The translations under genes and the position numbers were made by a program. Positions 17,293-26,937 of a stretch of 64,000 nucleotides of DNA are shown here, piece by piece. The notes under the pieces were generated by a model that was not told the DNA's origin, ran no database searches, and saw only the letters and a program-made list of their open reading frames with translations. How positions within the stretch are numbered: the stretch's first letter is position 1; the number at the start of each line of letters is the position of its first letter. The stretch comes from Candidatus Omnitrophota bacterium (lineage in GTDB: Bacteria > Omnitrophota > Gorgyraeia > Zapsychrales > Zapsychraceae), in the NCBI GenBank assembly GCA_028280285.1, contig JANQMA010000011.1, positions 58,520-122,519 of the forward strand, written 5' to 3'.

Positions 17293-19684
17293 AAAGCGGA
17301 TTTAATGCCTTTGCCCCACAATTAAGTTCAACGGTTCCTGATTTAACTAATCTCTCAAAGGTGCCTTCTCCGCATCCAATAGCCGCCAATAATCCAAATT
17401 CCGCGCAACGGATTGCCATATGGGAATTAGCCCCGCCATATTTGGTTATTACACCCGCAATATCTTTTGTAAAAATCCAATCAAATCCAGGATCCGCGTT
17501 TTCGATACAAACAATTTTACCCGTCATATCCGCATTGGCTTTGGTCGCTGAATCAACAAAAATAACCGGCGCGACTATTGATAATGTACCGATAAAATTG
17601 GGCGCGCTGCGATGCAGAGGCAAAACATACATATCTTTTATATCGCGCAAAATATAACAAAATTTAATTTCCTTGGATAACTTAAATTTACTCTTTGCCT
17701 GCTTTATTTCCTTTTTAAAATAAGATTTTTGATCCTCATGTTTGATCGATACAGGACTATTTAATATCGATTCAATTGTCAAATGTGAAATATCTTCCCG
17801 TGACAATCCTATTTGGCCTCCCCACACAGCTAAAGACTCAAGAATATCTGAAATATTTTTGGTAAATACAAACTTCCCGTATTCACGCCCCACAATAGAC
17901 AAACGCATATACTCCAATAAATCGTCTACTGAGAAATGACCGAAATCAGATTCTTTGAGTAAATTTTCTATAGATACACGTTCTTGAGATGTCAGCAAAA
18001 ACTCATCTGTTATGACATGCGCGTGCAAACCATTAGAATGATTAAATAATTGATCCCGGTCAGAGTAACATAACGATGTAATATCATATGTTCCGGGCCG
18101 CAAGTGTCCGTAACGCTTCAGAAAGGATTCCTGTGATTTTATCTCTTTACTAACAGCTTCGATGTCCATAGCCATTTCAGAAGCAACCGTTACAATCGAA
18201 CGTTTAAATAATTTCATGCGCTCAGCGGTGATCGCCCCTCTTTTGACCATTGATCTTAGAAGTGACTCGACAATAAAAGCGTGCCTTGCGATGATCGAAA
18301 ATGGGAACGTACCTAACTCTTTGCATTCATCAATCAAATGTTGAATATGTCCCAATGTTTCCCGTTGCACCTCTTTGTTTTGATCACGTCTGTTTTGACG
18401 CTTGGCCAAATCGTCAATAGAAGTCAGCGCCATACGCAAGGAAGAAGTTTCCGCTAAATTCAAACATTGTTTGGTTAACTTGGATAATGCTGTTTTAAAT
18501 TCCTGATATTCCTGTTTTGTAAAAATATCACCGTATCGCTCATGAAAAGTTTCTTCAAATGAAAAATCAACACACGTTTGCATAACATCAAACTCTACTT
18601 TATCGTGCAGCTCGGGATGTTCGCGTAAGCGGTCTAACCACGCATTAACCATTTTTTCCGCCAAGCCACCAGTAAGGCCCTCTGGCAATAATGAATTAAA
18701 ACTATTTCTCACATCGATATAGGGCCGCCCCATTATTCCGGTCATTAACTCTACATCGGGCAGTGTAGAATACTTCATTTCCTGACGGGCTAACCGCCAT
18801 ACTGTCTGGGTAATTAATTTACGGTACAACGAAAAGGCTAACGGTTTAGGGGTGACACCTATCATCTCTGCCGGATTCCAGTCAGACATGGTTGTTAAAA
18901 TACTTTTTTCTCCAAAAATATTGTCACGTCTTTGGACATATGATTCAATTGTCCTGGTAACATCTGGTAAATTTTCCAAAACCCGCTTTTTAATTCCCTT
19001 TTCCCAGGCAGTAGTCAAACAAATCGGCCGTACTTGAAATAAATACGGTATTTCATTATGTGTGAGTCCAAACTCAATATCTAAGGCGGATTGCTCAGAT
19101 AATAATTTAACTTCTTCAACCAAATCCAAAACACTTTTGATTCGTTTAGACTGGATATACTCCTTCTGGTATTGGTGGTTTATTAAAACTGTTTTATGAA
19201 CACCCGTTCCTCCCGTGACAGAATCCGTTCTCCCTGAAAAATCGTCATAATTGATCACATAGTACGGCGCTCCGTCCTCGAGGTTATACGTCATAACAAC
19301 ACCACTGACCGCAACATCACTAATCATCGGCTGCACCAAAACCTGGTCATCCCCGTGTTCCTGATAGGAAGAAATAACCTTATCAATGGCCTTTGTAATG
19401 TCTGTTTTACTTTGCACATCAATATGTAGACAACTATGAAAAGCCCCGGCCATAGACTGCTCATGCGTATCTTCACATTGCGCACTGCTGCGTACAATTA
19501 GCTCTTTAAAGGAAATAAATTCTTTCTGAATTTGATTTAAAACCGCCTCTGATTGCGAACGCCATTGGGCGACAGTAAAATAATATAGCGGCGCAACCTG
19601 TCCTGTCTTAAGTAATGGCGCGATCCGCTCAAGCGTCTCAGCCTTTGTTCCGAATTTAAATTTTGATTTAGTGATTGAGCCCAT
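17285..19684 (-). CDS. PEP-utilizing / pyruvate-phosphate-dikinase-like kinase (candidate L-glutamine kinase, Cj1418-like)
   Basis: 799 aa. N-terminal PPDK_N ATP-grasp-like domain (LIVRSSAQCED...VLVQPMI...SGVVMTYN). C-terminal phosphohistidine mobile domain (GGANSHMAIRCAEFGLLAAIGCGEG). Confidence 0.75.
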   Translation of the reverse strand: MGSITKSKFKFGTKAETLERIAPLLKTGQVAPLYYFTVAQWRSQSEAVLNQIQKEFISFKELIVRSSAQCEDTHEQSMAGAFHSCLHIDVQSKTDITKAIDKVISSYQEHGDDQVLVQPMISDVAVSGVVMTYNLEDGAPYYVINYDDFSGRTDSVTGGTGVHKTVLINHQYQKEYIQSKRIKSVLDLVEEVKLLSEQSALDIEFGLTHNEIPYLFQVRPICLTTAWEKGIKKRVLENLPDVTRTIESYVQRRDNIFGEKSILTTMSDWNPAEMIGVTPKPLAFSLYRKLITQTVWRLARQEMKYSTLPDVELMTGIMGRPYIDVRNSFNSLLPEGLTGGLAEKMVNAWLDRLREHPELHDKVEFDVMQTCVDFSFEETFHERYGDIFTKQEYQEFKTALSKLTKQCLNLAETSSLRMALTSIDDLAKRQNRRDQNKEVQRETLGHIQHLIDECKELGTFPFSIIARHAFIVESLLRSMVKRGAITAERMKLFKRSIVTVASEMAMDIEAVSKEIKSQESFLKRYGHLRPGTYDITSLCYSDRDQLFNHSNGLHAHVITDEFLLTSQERVSIENLLKESDFGHFSVDDLLEYMRLSIVGREYGKFVFTKNISDILESLAVWGGQIGLSREDISHLTIESILNSPVSIKHEDQKSYFKKEIKQAKSKFKLSKEIKFCYILRDIKDMYVLPLHRSAPNFIGTLSIVAPVIFVDSATKANADMTGKIVCIENADPGFDWIFTKDIAGVITKYGGANSHMAIRCAEFGLLAAIGCGEGTFERLVKSGTVELNCGAKALNPLYE

Positions 19685-19690
19685 TTTAAA

Positions 19691-20758
19691 TTACTTTAAG
19701 ATTTGCGCACTTTCTTCAATTAAACTCCATGTGAGTGGACAACCTCTTTGAATAGACTGCGTTGCCTTTTTTCCTAAAATATCTTTTAAATATTTTGGCG
19801 GTAATCCGTGACCGGGACGAATAGAACGCACATTCTCAGCATTAAACTCTTCGCCTTCCGCTATATCTTTGACGGCAAAAAGAGACCTGGAAAATACCCT
19901 GGATTTTTCACCCTCTTCGGTTAACCGAAACTCTTCTTCTCCCAGGCTTTTTTCAACCTCCCGCACCAATTTAACCATTTCTTTAAATTCCTCTGGCTGC
20001 ATGGAAAAAGCAGAATCCGGCCCTCCCATGCTTCTATCCAAAATAAAATGCTTTTCAATAATACAGGCTCCAAGAGCCACAGCACCGGCGGCCACAGATG
20101 AAGTGAGTGTATGATCGGACAATCCAATCTCCACGCCTAATCTTGATTGCAATGCTTTAATCGCATTAATATTCATCTCTTCCAACGGTGCCGGATACGT
20201 CGATGTACACTTAAGAACCGCAACCTGCTTATTGCCTACTTTGTAACAAGCCGCTAATGCCTCCTCCAAGTCTTCCCAAGTAGCCACACCAGACGACATT
20301 ATGATAGGCTTACCTTTTGAGGCCGTATACTCAATCAACGGAATATCATTGATTTCACATGAAGCAATTTTATATGCCGGTACTCCGGCTGACTCCAAAA
20401 AATCAACAGAAGAATTATCAAATACCGAGGAAAACCCGATCACACCGCAATCTTTCGCATACTCAATTAACTCTTTTTGCCACTCCCAGGGAGTATAGGC
20501 TTCCTTATATAAATCATATAATGTGCGGCCATCCCAAAGCGTACCGTGATTGAGTTTAAAATAATCGGTATCCGCGTCTATTGTGATGGTATCAGGCGTA
20601 TACGTTTGCAATTTAACCGCATCAGCACCGCTATCCGCCATTGCCTTAATCGTCTTCTTAGCCAACTCTTTGTCATGCAAATGATTAGCCGATAATTCAG
20701 CAATAATAAAAGCCGGATACCCCGCTCCAACACTTCTACCTTCTATGTCAAAACTCAT
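19691..20758 (-). CDS. NeuB-family nonulosonic acid synthase (N-acetylneuraminate/pseudaminate/legionaminate synthase type) with C-terminal SAF domain
   Basis: 355 aa. AELSANH, DAVKLQTY and SDHT motifs, plus a SAF-like C-terminus. Confidence 0.85.
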   Translation of the reverse strand: MSFDIEGRSVGAGYPAFIIAELSANHLHDKELAKKTIKAMADSGADAVKLQTYTPDTITIDADTDYFKLNHGTLWDGRTLYDLYKEAYTPWEWQKELIEYAKDCGVIGFSSVFDNSSVDFLESAGVPAYKIASCEINDIPLIEYTASKGKPIIMSSGVATWEDLEEALAACYKVGNKQVAVLKCTSTYPAPLEEMNINAIKALQSRLGVEIGLSDHTLTSSVAAGAVALGACIIEKHFILDRSMGGPDSAFSMQPEEFKEMVKLVREVEKSLGEEEFRLTEEGEKSRVFSRSLFAVKDIAEGEEFNAENVRSIRPGHGLPPKYLKDILGKKATQSIQRGCPLTWSLIEESAQILK

Positions 20759-21442
20759 TTAATTGTCCTTTAAAATAATTGGTAGAATTTTATCCAAAGC
20801 GTTAACAACGTAATCCGCCGGCACAGGATTTGCCTGGCTTTCCGGATAAAACATTCTCTGTCCATTTTGTTCTAATTGAATACTCATCATTCCCATTACT
20901 TTTGGTGCATGAAAATCTTTATAAGGGTTATCGCCGACATATGCGGCCACTTCAGCATCTATATCAAATTCATTTAAAATTTGCTCATAAGGCACCTGCG
21001 AAGGCTTGGCATTCTCTCCTTCTAATTCATCGGTATATACAATACTTTGCATGTGATCTTCTAAACCCAATACCTTTACTTTATTGCGCTGGACGCTCGC
21101 CATTCCGTCAGTAATCAACCCTATCATGCAACTCTTGTTATGCAATTCAGATAAAATTTCTTCGACGCCATCAAATAAATTGATATTTGGCAAATGTGTT
21201 CTATAGGCAGTTACCATCTTTTTTACAAAACGCTCTTGATCCAAATCATGTTGAGCGCATAACACATTAAATACCTTGCCGCGGCCGTTTTGCTCTACAA
21301 TAGAAACCAATTGATCAAATATGCGTTTGTCATCCAATCCACATTCTTTTGTTACAAATTTAGCAACAGCCCGAAAACCGCTTAAAACATAATCGTATTC
21401 GCGATACAATGTGTCGTCTAAATCAAATATAACAGCCTTCAC
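20759..21442 (-). CDS. HAD-superfamily hydrolase
   Basis: 227 aa. MKAVIFDLDDTLY (DxD HAD motif I). GTG start. Confidence 0.7.
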   Translation of the reverse strand: MKAVIFDLDDTLYREYDYVLSGFRAVAKFVTKECGLDDKRIFDQLVSIVEQNGRGKVFNVLCAQHDLDQERFVKKMVTAYRTHLPNINLFDGVEEILSELHNKSCMIGLITDGMASVQRNKVKVLGLEDHMQSIVYTDELEGENAKPSQVPYEQILNEFDIDAEVAAYVGDNPYKDFHAPKVMGMMSIQLEQNGQRMFYPESQANPVPADYVVNALDKILPIILKDN

Positions 21443-22425
21443 AAAACAGCACCCTCTACGACGGAATCACCTTCTATAAAAAAATCATCTGTATAACGCA
21501 GCATCACAACATCTTCTTTATATTGTGATAGATGACCATCAAGTTTTTGACCGGATAATAACTTAATTAAAAACCGGGGCGTATTAACTCCTGCGGCAAA
21601 TCCTAAAGACGCGCCACCGCCAAAACGCGGATTAATTTCTAAAATTTGGATTACTTCACCAACTTTAATACATTGAAATGTCGTATGCCCTATCAAACCT
21701 AACCGCCCGGCTAAGGCAGTCACCTCACTGACCATTTTTTCGTCCTTAACCGTCCGCCCTTTATAAGACTCCCCACTGACAACTTCGATACGCTCTCTTG
21801 GAACAGCAGAAACAACACGCCCTTCAAAATCCGCAAATACATCGATGGTATATTCCGTCCCCTCGATAAACTCCTGGATAACGGCATCGTCTATGTAGCT
21901 TGTAAAAAAATCGAGTTCTTTTTCATTGTTTACCTTAAAAATATTTTCCGATCCGCTACCAAATCTGGATTTAACAATATAGGGAAATTTTAAATCCACC
22001 CCCTGAAGGTCTTTAGATAAATATGTTACCGGAGCATTAAAGCCATTTTCTTTTAAGAAATGAAAAAATAAATGCTTATCATTACAAATATTAACGGCCT
22101 CCGGCGGGGAAACCATTACCTGAATATTCTCTTTTTCAAACAGGGATTTATTTTCAGAGAATATGATCAATTCAGCGTCACGCGTCGGCACAATAAGACT
22201 GATCTTTTCTTTTTTGCATATATCCAAAATGACCGGCAAAAAATCCTTATCGGATGAGCGCGGAACGAGATAATAACGGTCACCGGCAATAAACCCGGCA
22301 CTCAATGGATCAATATCGACCGTGATTACTGACCCGGTGTTTTTTTCTTGTTGTAATGCTCCTAAAAAAGCCTTAACCAGCCATACCTTACGCGAAACAC
22401 TCGTAATTAATACATTGACATCCAT
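21439..22425 (-). CDS. ATP-grasp domain ligase
   Basis: 328 aa. ATP-grasp pattern (KSRFGSGSENIFKV, EINPRFGGG). Confidence 0.6.
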   Translation of the reverse strand: MDVNVLITSVSRKVWLVKAFLGALQQEKNTGSVITVDIDPLSAGFIAGDRYYLVPRSSDKDFLPVILDICKKEKISLIVPTRDAELIIFSENKSLFEKENIQVMVSPPEAVNICNDKHLFFHFLKENGFNAPVTYLSKDLQGVDLKFPYIVKSRFGSGSENIFKVNNEKELDFFTSYIDDAVIQEFIEGTEYTIDVFADFEGRVVSAVPRERIEVVSGESYKGRTVKDEKMVSEVTALAGRLGLIGHTTFQCIKVGEVIQILEINPRFGGGASLGFAAGVNTPRFLIKLLSGQKLDGHLSQYKEDVVMLRYTDDFFIEGDSVVEGAVL

Positions 22426-23015
22426 TATTGTTCCTGCTCTTGTTGCAACATCTCTTTCACTCTATTTTTCGTGCGCACCCAATCTTCTTCTAAGAAATCA
22501 TGGACAAATGAATCACAAAACGCGCCATTAATCACCACATGATCTTTCATAACGCCTCCCTGCTTCATTCCAAACTCTTCCATCACACTTAAAGTAAAAT
22601 GACGTATAGCATATGTTTCACTGTGCAGCTTATGCAGTTTAAGCTCTTCAAATAAATACGTGCACATCATATAAAGAACACTGAGAAAATCTATTCGATA
22701 AACAGGCCGGTCCTGCCTCCTCTTGGGAGAAACCAGAAACGACAACTCTGCCCGTTTATGGTCATAATCTATATTGGTTAAACCACAGTAACCGATAAAT
22801 TCATCATTGTGATCCAGTAAAGAAAATATAACCTGATTCTGATCTTCCTGTATCTTTTTAAACCACCTGTCCTGATCTTCATCGGTCAGTGGTTGTTTTT
22901 GACGAAGAACATCGATTTGCGCGTTCCGCCATTCTTTGAGAGTAGACAAATACTCCCTTTTCATTGATGAAAGACTTCGTCCACAAATAGAATCTATTTT
23001 GCTTTCAACCAGCAT
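22425..23015 (-). CDS. GNAT-family N-acetyltransferase (PseH-like)
   Basis: 196 aa. Acetyl-CoA-binding-like segment IGYCGLTNIDYDHKRAELSFLV. Confidence 0.5.
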   Translation of the reverse strand: MLVESKIDSICGRSLSSMKREYLSTLKEWRNAQIDVLRQKQPLTDEDQDRWFKKIQEDQNQVIFSLLDHNDEFIGYCGLTNIDYDHKRAELSFLVSPKRRQDRPVYRIDFLSVLYMMCTYLFEELKLHKLHSETYAIRHFTLSVMEEFGMKQGGVMKDHVVINGAFCDSFVHDFLEEDWVRTKNRVKEMLQQEQEQ

Positions 23016-23050
23016 AGATTTAAAAAGTTTTGAATGTGTAAAATTAACAA

Positions 23051-23797
23051 TTAGGCCGCTATTTCTGCCGTGTTCGCAATTGTCTGCTGTTGTAGTTTAT
23101 CTAAATAATATTGTGCCAAAAAGAAATCATCCCAATTATCAATTTCAATTGAAAAATAATCATCTTTTTGTATGGTGGGCAAGACCTTCTCACCTAAAAA
23201 GACATGAGCTCTTCTAATCCCTCTTGTATCATAGAGATTTTGGGCTAGCACTGCTGCAACCGAACCATCCAACATATACCTGTCGGGAAATTCTTGTCGC
23301 CTAATAGCTTTAACATCTTTGACAAGAGGTTGTAAAAATCCTTGTTCATCAACCACTTTCATTAACTCAGGAGCTTGTGTAACGGGATGGCAAGTAACAG
23401 ACGCGTGCGCGTCGGAGTGGACGAGCTTTTCCACCACTTCATCAATCAATCCGTCTGCTCTAAAAGGAACATTCGCCTGCATCAAAACGACAATGTCCGT
23501 TTCATAATTTTCTTCCTTCTTTAAAGTCTCAACAACATGAAGCAAGGCCTCCTCAATAGGCGAATCATCTAAAGCCAACTCACTTGGGCGCATAATGATT
23601 TCAACATCATAGTGTTGACGCACGACATCCGCAATTTCTTCACTGTCGGTTGAAACAATAACTTTGTCTAAAGTTTTTGCTTTTTGTGCCGCTTCAATGG
23701 TATGTCCAATAACAGGCTTGCCACCTAAATCTAAGATGTTTTTTGATTTAACTCCCTTAGACCCACCACGCGCAGGTATAACACCAATAATATTCAT
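23051..23797 (-). CDS. Acylneuraminate cytidylyltransferase family (CMP-nonulosonic acid synthetase)
   Basis: 248 aa. MNIIGVIPARGGSKGVKSKN signature. Confidence 0.8.
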   Translation of the reverse strand: MNIIGVIPARGGSKGVKSKNILDLGGKPVIGHTIEAAQKAKTLDKVIVSTDSEEIADVVRQHYDVEIIMRPSELALDDSPIEEALLHVVETLKKEENYETDIVVLMQANVPFRADGLIDEVVEKLVHSDAHASVTCHPVTQAPELMKVVDEQGFLQPLVKDVKAIRRQEFPDRYMLDGSVAAVLAQNLYDTRGIRRAHVFLGEKVLPTIQKDDYFSIEIDNWDDFFLAQYYLDKLQQQTIANTAEIAA

Positions 23798-23809
23798 GCT
23801 TTCCTCTCT

Positions 23810-25543
23810 CTATAAATTCGCTGTAGATGCCCCCCGCACAGCTGTTTCTTTATCTTTTCTTCCCGGATGCCGTTTTGTGTTTTGAGCGCCCAACTCATTT
23901 ATCGCCCACCATGAAAGCTCAACAATCTCTTCATCAGGCAGATCGCTAAAGTTCGTCCTAACGGCGTCGCCTTGTTCGCCTAAACGTAGGAAATATTGTT
24001 CAACCATATCATCATCCGCCGGGGCCACAACGCCGGTGACCGCTTTGGTAATAAGTCCCTTTTCCATGGCCAAGTCCCAGAAACTTGTGCCAGGGTATGC
24101 TGTTACAAAAAAGAACACTTCAGGCTTAAGCCCGATTTCTTTACACACCTCAACCGTTTCGGCAACTGTCTGGCGTGTTTCGCCTGGAGAACCAATCATA
24201 AAGGAACAGTCCGCATACCCGAGAACCCTTTGTGTCTCCCGCACAGCAATTTTGATTTTTTCCTGTGTTTGCCCGGATTTATCAATGCTTTTTAAAATGG
24301 TTGGACTTGCCGTTTCAACACCATAACCTGCCTGACGCATTCCTACCTCACGCCCTAATTCCAGAATATTAGGCCGGCCCTGCTTTTTCGCACGGACGAC
24401 ATCATCCGCAATAATATTGGTCCTGCACGCGCCTCCCCAAGTCACATCAAGCCCTGTTTTTTTACGTTGATTCTTAAGGGCCTCACAAAATTCCATAGCC
24501 CAACGATAATCTGTAAAAAGAAGATCATCTAAGAAATGCATATACCCTGCATCGTATCTGTCATGCAGATATTGCATTTCATCAACAATTTCCTGAGGAG
24601 ATCTTAAACGATACGTTTTACCCAAGTAAGAGGCATAGCAATAATCACATGCCTTTGCCGCATACGGACAACCACGTGAAGCCAAAAGCTCCACCGAGTA
24701 GGTATCACACGTACTCTTTCCGTCACTCCACTTATTTTCCCAGTTTAAATGACCAAGAGGATTCTGTTTATAAATTTCATCAATAGCAAAACGTGAACGA
24801 AGCGGCCACGGCAGTGTATCAAGACCATCCCATCTTGTCTTAAAACCGGTACGCTCGCCATTATTTCTAATTTCCCACTCACCTTTTTTTATTTCATGTT
24901 TATAGACAACGCCGGCACATCCTTCCAGTGAAACACCTTCTTCTAAGCGATGCAAAAGTTCTGATGTTGTCATCTCTCCTTCTTTATTAACGGCGATATC
25001 AATGGGAAGCATTTTGACCATAAATTCCGGCATACAGGAAGAAATACCCCCACCAAGAACAATGGGTATTTCTGGAAATACTTTCTTACAGTAGGTAGTA
25101 ATCTGTTTAATGCGGGCGTACTGCGGTATAATCCCACCAATCATGATCACATCAGGATGATAATGATTAAATTTTTCATCAATTTTCGCCTCAACCCACT
25201 TTGACATCTCCTCCGGGGTTTTATCCATAGGCTCCTTACGCAAAGCATTCAAATCCAGTGTTTCGACATAGTGACCATCCATAGCCGCTACGGAACAGAC
25301 ATAAGCCTGGCCTAAAGGAAATATATTGGGGTAGGACCACTCACGGATCGGCGCATTGATCATAAGGACCTTAAGTCCTTTATTCCGTAGAGGAAAGAGA
25401 CCCTCAGAATCATCTGTTGTAATCCGCGGAGCTTCAGGGAACTCATTCCCGCCTAAGGCATTAAACCGCTGGTAAAAGCGCTCCGGCGCCTTAGGCACAT
25501 TGATATTAACGAACGCGTCATTTTCTTTGGTTTTTGTAGTCAT
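23810..25543 (-). CDS. Cobalamin(B12)-binding radical SAM enzyme (non-canonical Cys spacing)
   Basis: 577 aa. N-terminal B12-binding-like region (KVLMINAPIREWSYPNIFPLGQAYV). Cys cluster GCPYAAKACDYC (CX6CX2C). Confidence 0.7.
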   Translation of the reverse strand: MTTKTKENDAFVNINVPKAPERFYQRFNALGGNEFPEAPRITTDDSEGLFPLRNKGLKVLMINAPIREWSYPNIFPLGQAYVCSVAAMDGHYVETLDLNALRKEPMDKTPEEMSKWVEAKIDEKFNHYHPDVIMIGGIIPQYARIKQITTYCKKVFPEIPIVLGGGISSCMPEFMVKMLPIDIAVNKEGEMTTSELLHRLEEGVSLEGCAGVVYKHEIKKGEWEIRNNGERTGFKTRWDGLDTLPWPLRSRFAIDEIYKQNPLGHLNWENKWSDGKSTCDTYSVELLASRGCPYAAKACDYCYASYLGKTYRLRSPQEIVDEMQYLHDRYDAGYMHFLDDLLFTDYRWAMEFCEALKNQRKKTGLDVTWGGACRTNIIADDVVRAKKQGRPNILELGREVGMRQAGYGVETASPTILKSIDKSGQTQEKIKIAVRETQRVLGYADCSFMIGSPGETRQTVAETVEVCKEIGLKPEVFFFVTAYPGTSFWDLAMEKGLITKAVTGVVAPADDDMVEQYFLRLGEQGDAVRTNFSDLPDEEIVELSWWAINELGAQNTKRHPGRKDKETAVRGASTANL

Positions 25544-25725
25544 TTTGTCCCCCTTTTGCGGGTCTTTAATATGGCAATATTATTACAACTTATTGGCAAA
25601 TATACCAGTTTTTTCTTTAAAAAAAATTGACGTTCAATATTTGAACATTTTAAAAAATTGATCATGATTATTGTTCAATTTATGAACACGATCTACTGTC
25701 TAATTTTAAAAATACACCTACTTTT

Positions 25726-26928
25726 TTAAACAACCACCGCAATAACAGCATCGATAACGCGTTTAATTTCTTCTGCTTTCATAGAAGGAAACAATGGAAT
25801 GGTGAGCGCCGTATCATAATATTTTTCTGCTTCTGGGAAATCACCGCGCTTAAACCCGAACTTGTTTTGATAGTATGGCAATAAATGCAATGGAATATAA
25901 TGCACATGGACACCTATTTGCATTGCCCTGAGCTCTTCAAAGATTTCCCGGCGTGTCTTTTGTACTTTATCAAGATCAATTCTCAACATATACAGATGCC
26001 AGGCGCTTTGACGGTCAGCCTCCTGAAACGGCGTGATTAAAGCTTCAACCGGACTAAACGCTTCATTATATTGTTCGATAATTTCACGACGGCATTCATT
26101 AAACTTATCAAGTTTTCTTAGCTGGCTTAATCCCAGCGAACACTGAATATCGGTAATACGATAATTATAGCCAAGTTCTTGCATCTCATAATACCAGGGC
26201 GCACGATTAGCAAACCGCTTACCGCGATTAAAGGCGTTCTCATTATCAAAGGCCTGCTCTTCTAAAGTCATCGCATCATTGGCATTGGTGATGCCATGCG
26301 TGCGAAACAGCTTTAGCTTTTCATACAATGCTTCATCATTGGTTACAATCATACCGCCTTCCCCCATCGCGACATGCTTAACCGGATGAAACGAAAAAAT
26401 GGTCATATCAGCTAAAGACCCTACCGGTTTTCCCTTATAAGTAGCGCCGATGGCATGCGCGCCATCTTCAATCACAATCAAATTATGCTTCTTGGCAATA
26501 GCATTGATCTCATCCATATCACATGGCTGACCGGTGAAATCGACTGGAATGATCGCTTTCGTTTTTTCAGTAATAACCGCCTCTAACTTTTGAGGATCCA
26601 TACAATAGGTATCCGGACGGATATCACAGAACTTAACATCAGCCCCGAGAAACAACGCGCAATTACCACTCGCCGCAAACGTAATAGGAGCGGTGATGAT
26701 CTCATCGCCTGCTTTCACACCGGCGGCGTAACACGCGCAATGAAGCGCCGCCGTTCCGGTAGCAACGGCAACAGCGTATTTGGCTCCAACCTTTTCGGCC
26801 ACTGCCTTTTCAAACTCGGCAATTTTAGGACCCTGCGTTAACCAGTTACTTTTAAGTGTTTCGATGACAGCATTAATGTCGTCGTCATCGATCGTCTGTT
26901 TGCCGTAAGGAATAAAATCAGTGCTCAT
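25726..26928 (-). CDS. DegT/DnrJ/EryC1/StrS-family PLP-dependent aminotransferase (PseC/LegC-like)
   Basis: 400 aa. FSFHPVKHVAMGEGG PLP-lysine motif. Confidence 0.85.
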   Translation of the reverse strand: MSTDFIPYGKQTIDDDDINAVIETLKSNWLTQGPKIAEFEKAVAEKVGAKYAVAVATGTAALHCACYAAGVKAGDEIITAPITFAASGNCALFLGADVKFCDIRPDTYCMDPQKLEAVITEKTKAIIPVDFTGQPCDMDEINAIAKKHNLIVIEDGAHAIGATYKGKPVGSLADMTIFSFHPVKHVAMGEGGMIVTNDEALYEKLKLFRTHGITNANDAMTLEEQAFDNENAFNRGKRFANRAPWYYEMQELGYNYRITDIQCSLGLSQLRKLDKFNECRREIIEQYNEAFSPVEALITPFQEADRQSAWHLYMLRIDLDKVQKTRREIFEELRAMQIGVHVHYIPLHLLPYYQNKFGFKRGDFPEAEKYYDTALTIPLFPSMKAEEIKRVIDAVIAVVV

Positions 26929-26937
26929 AAAATTTTC

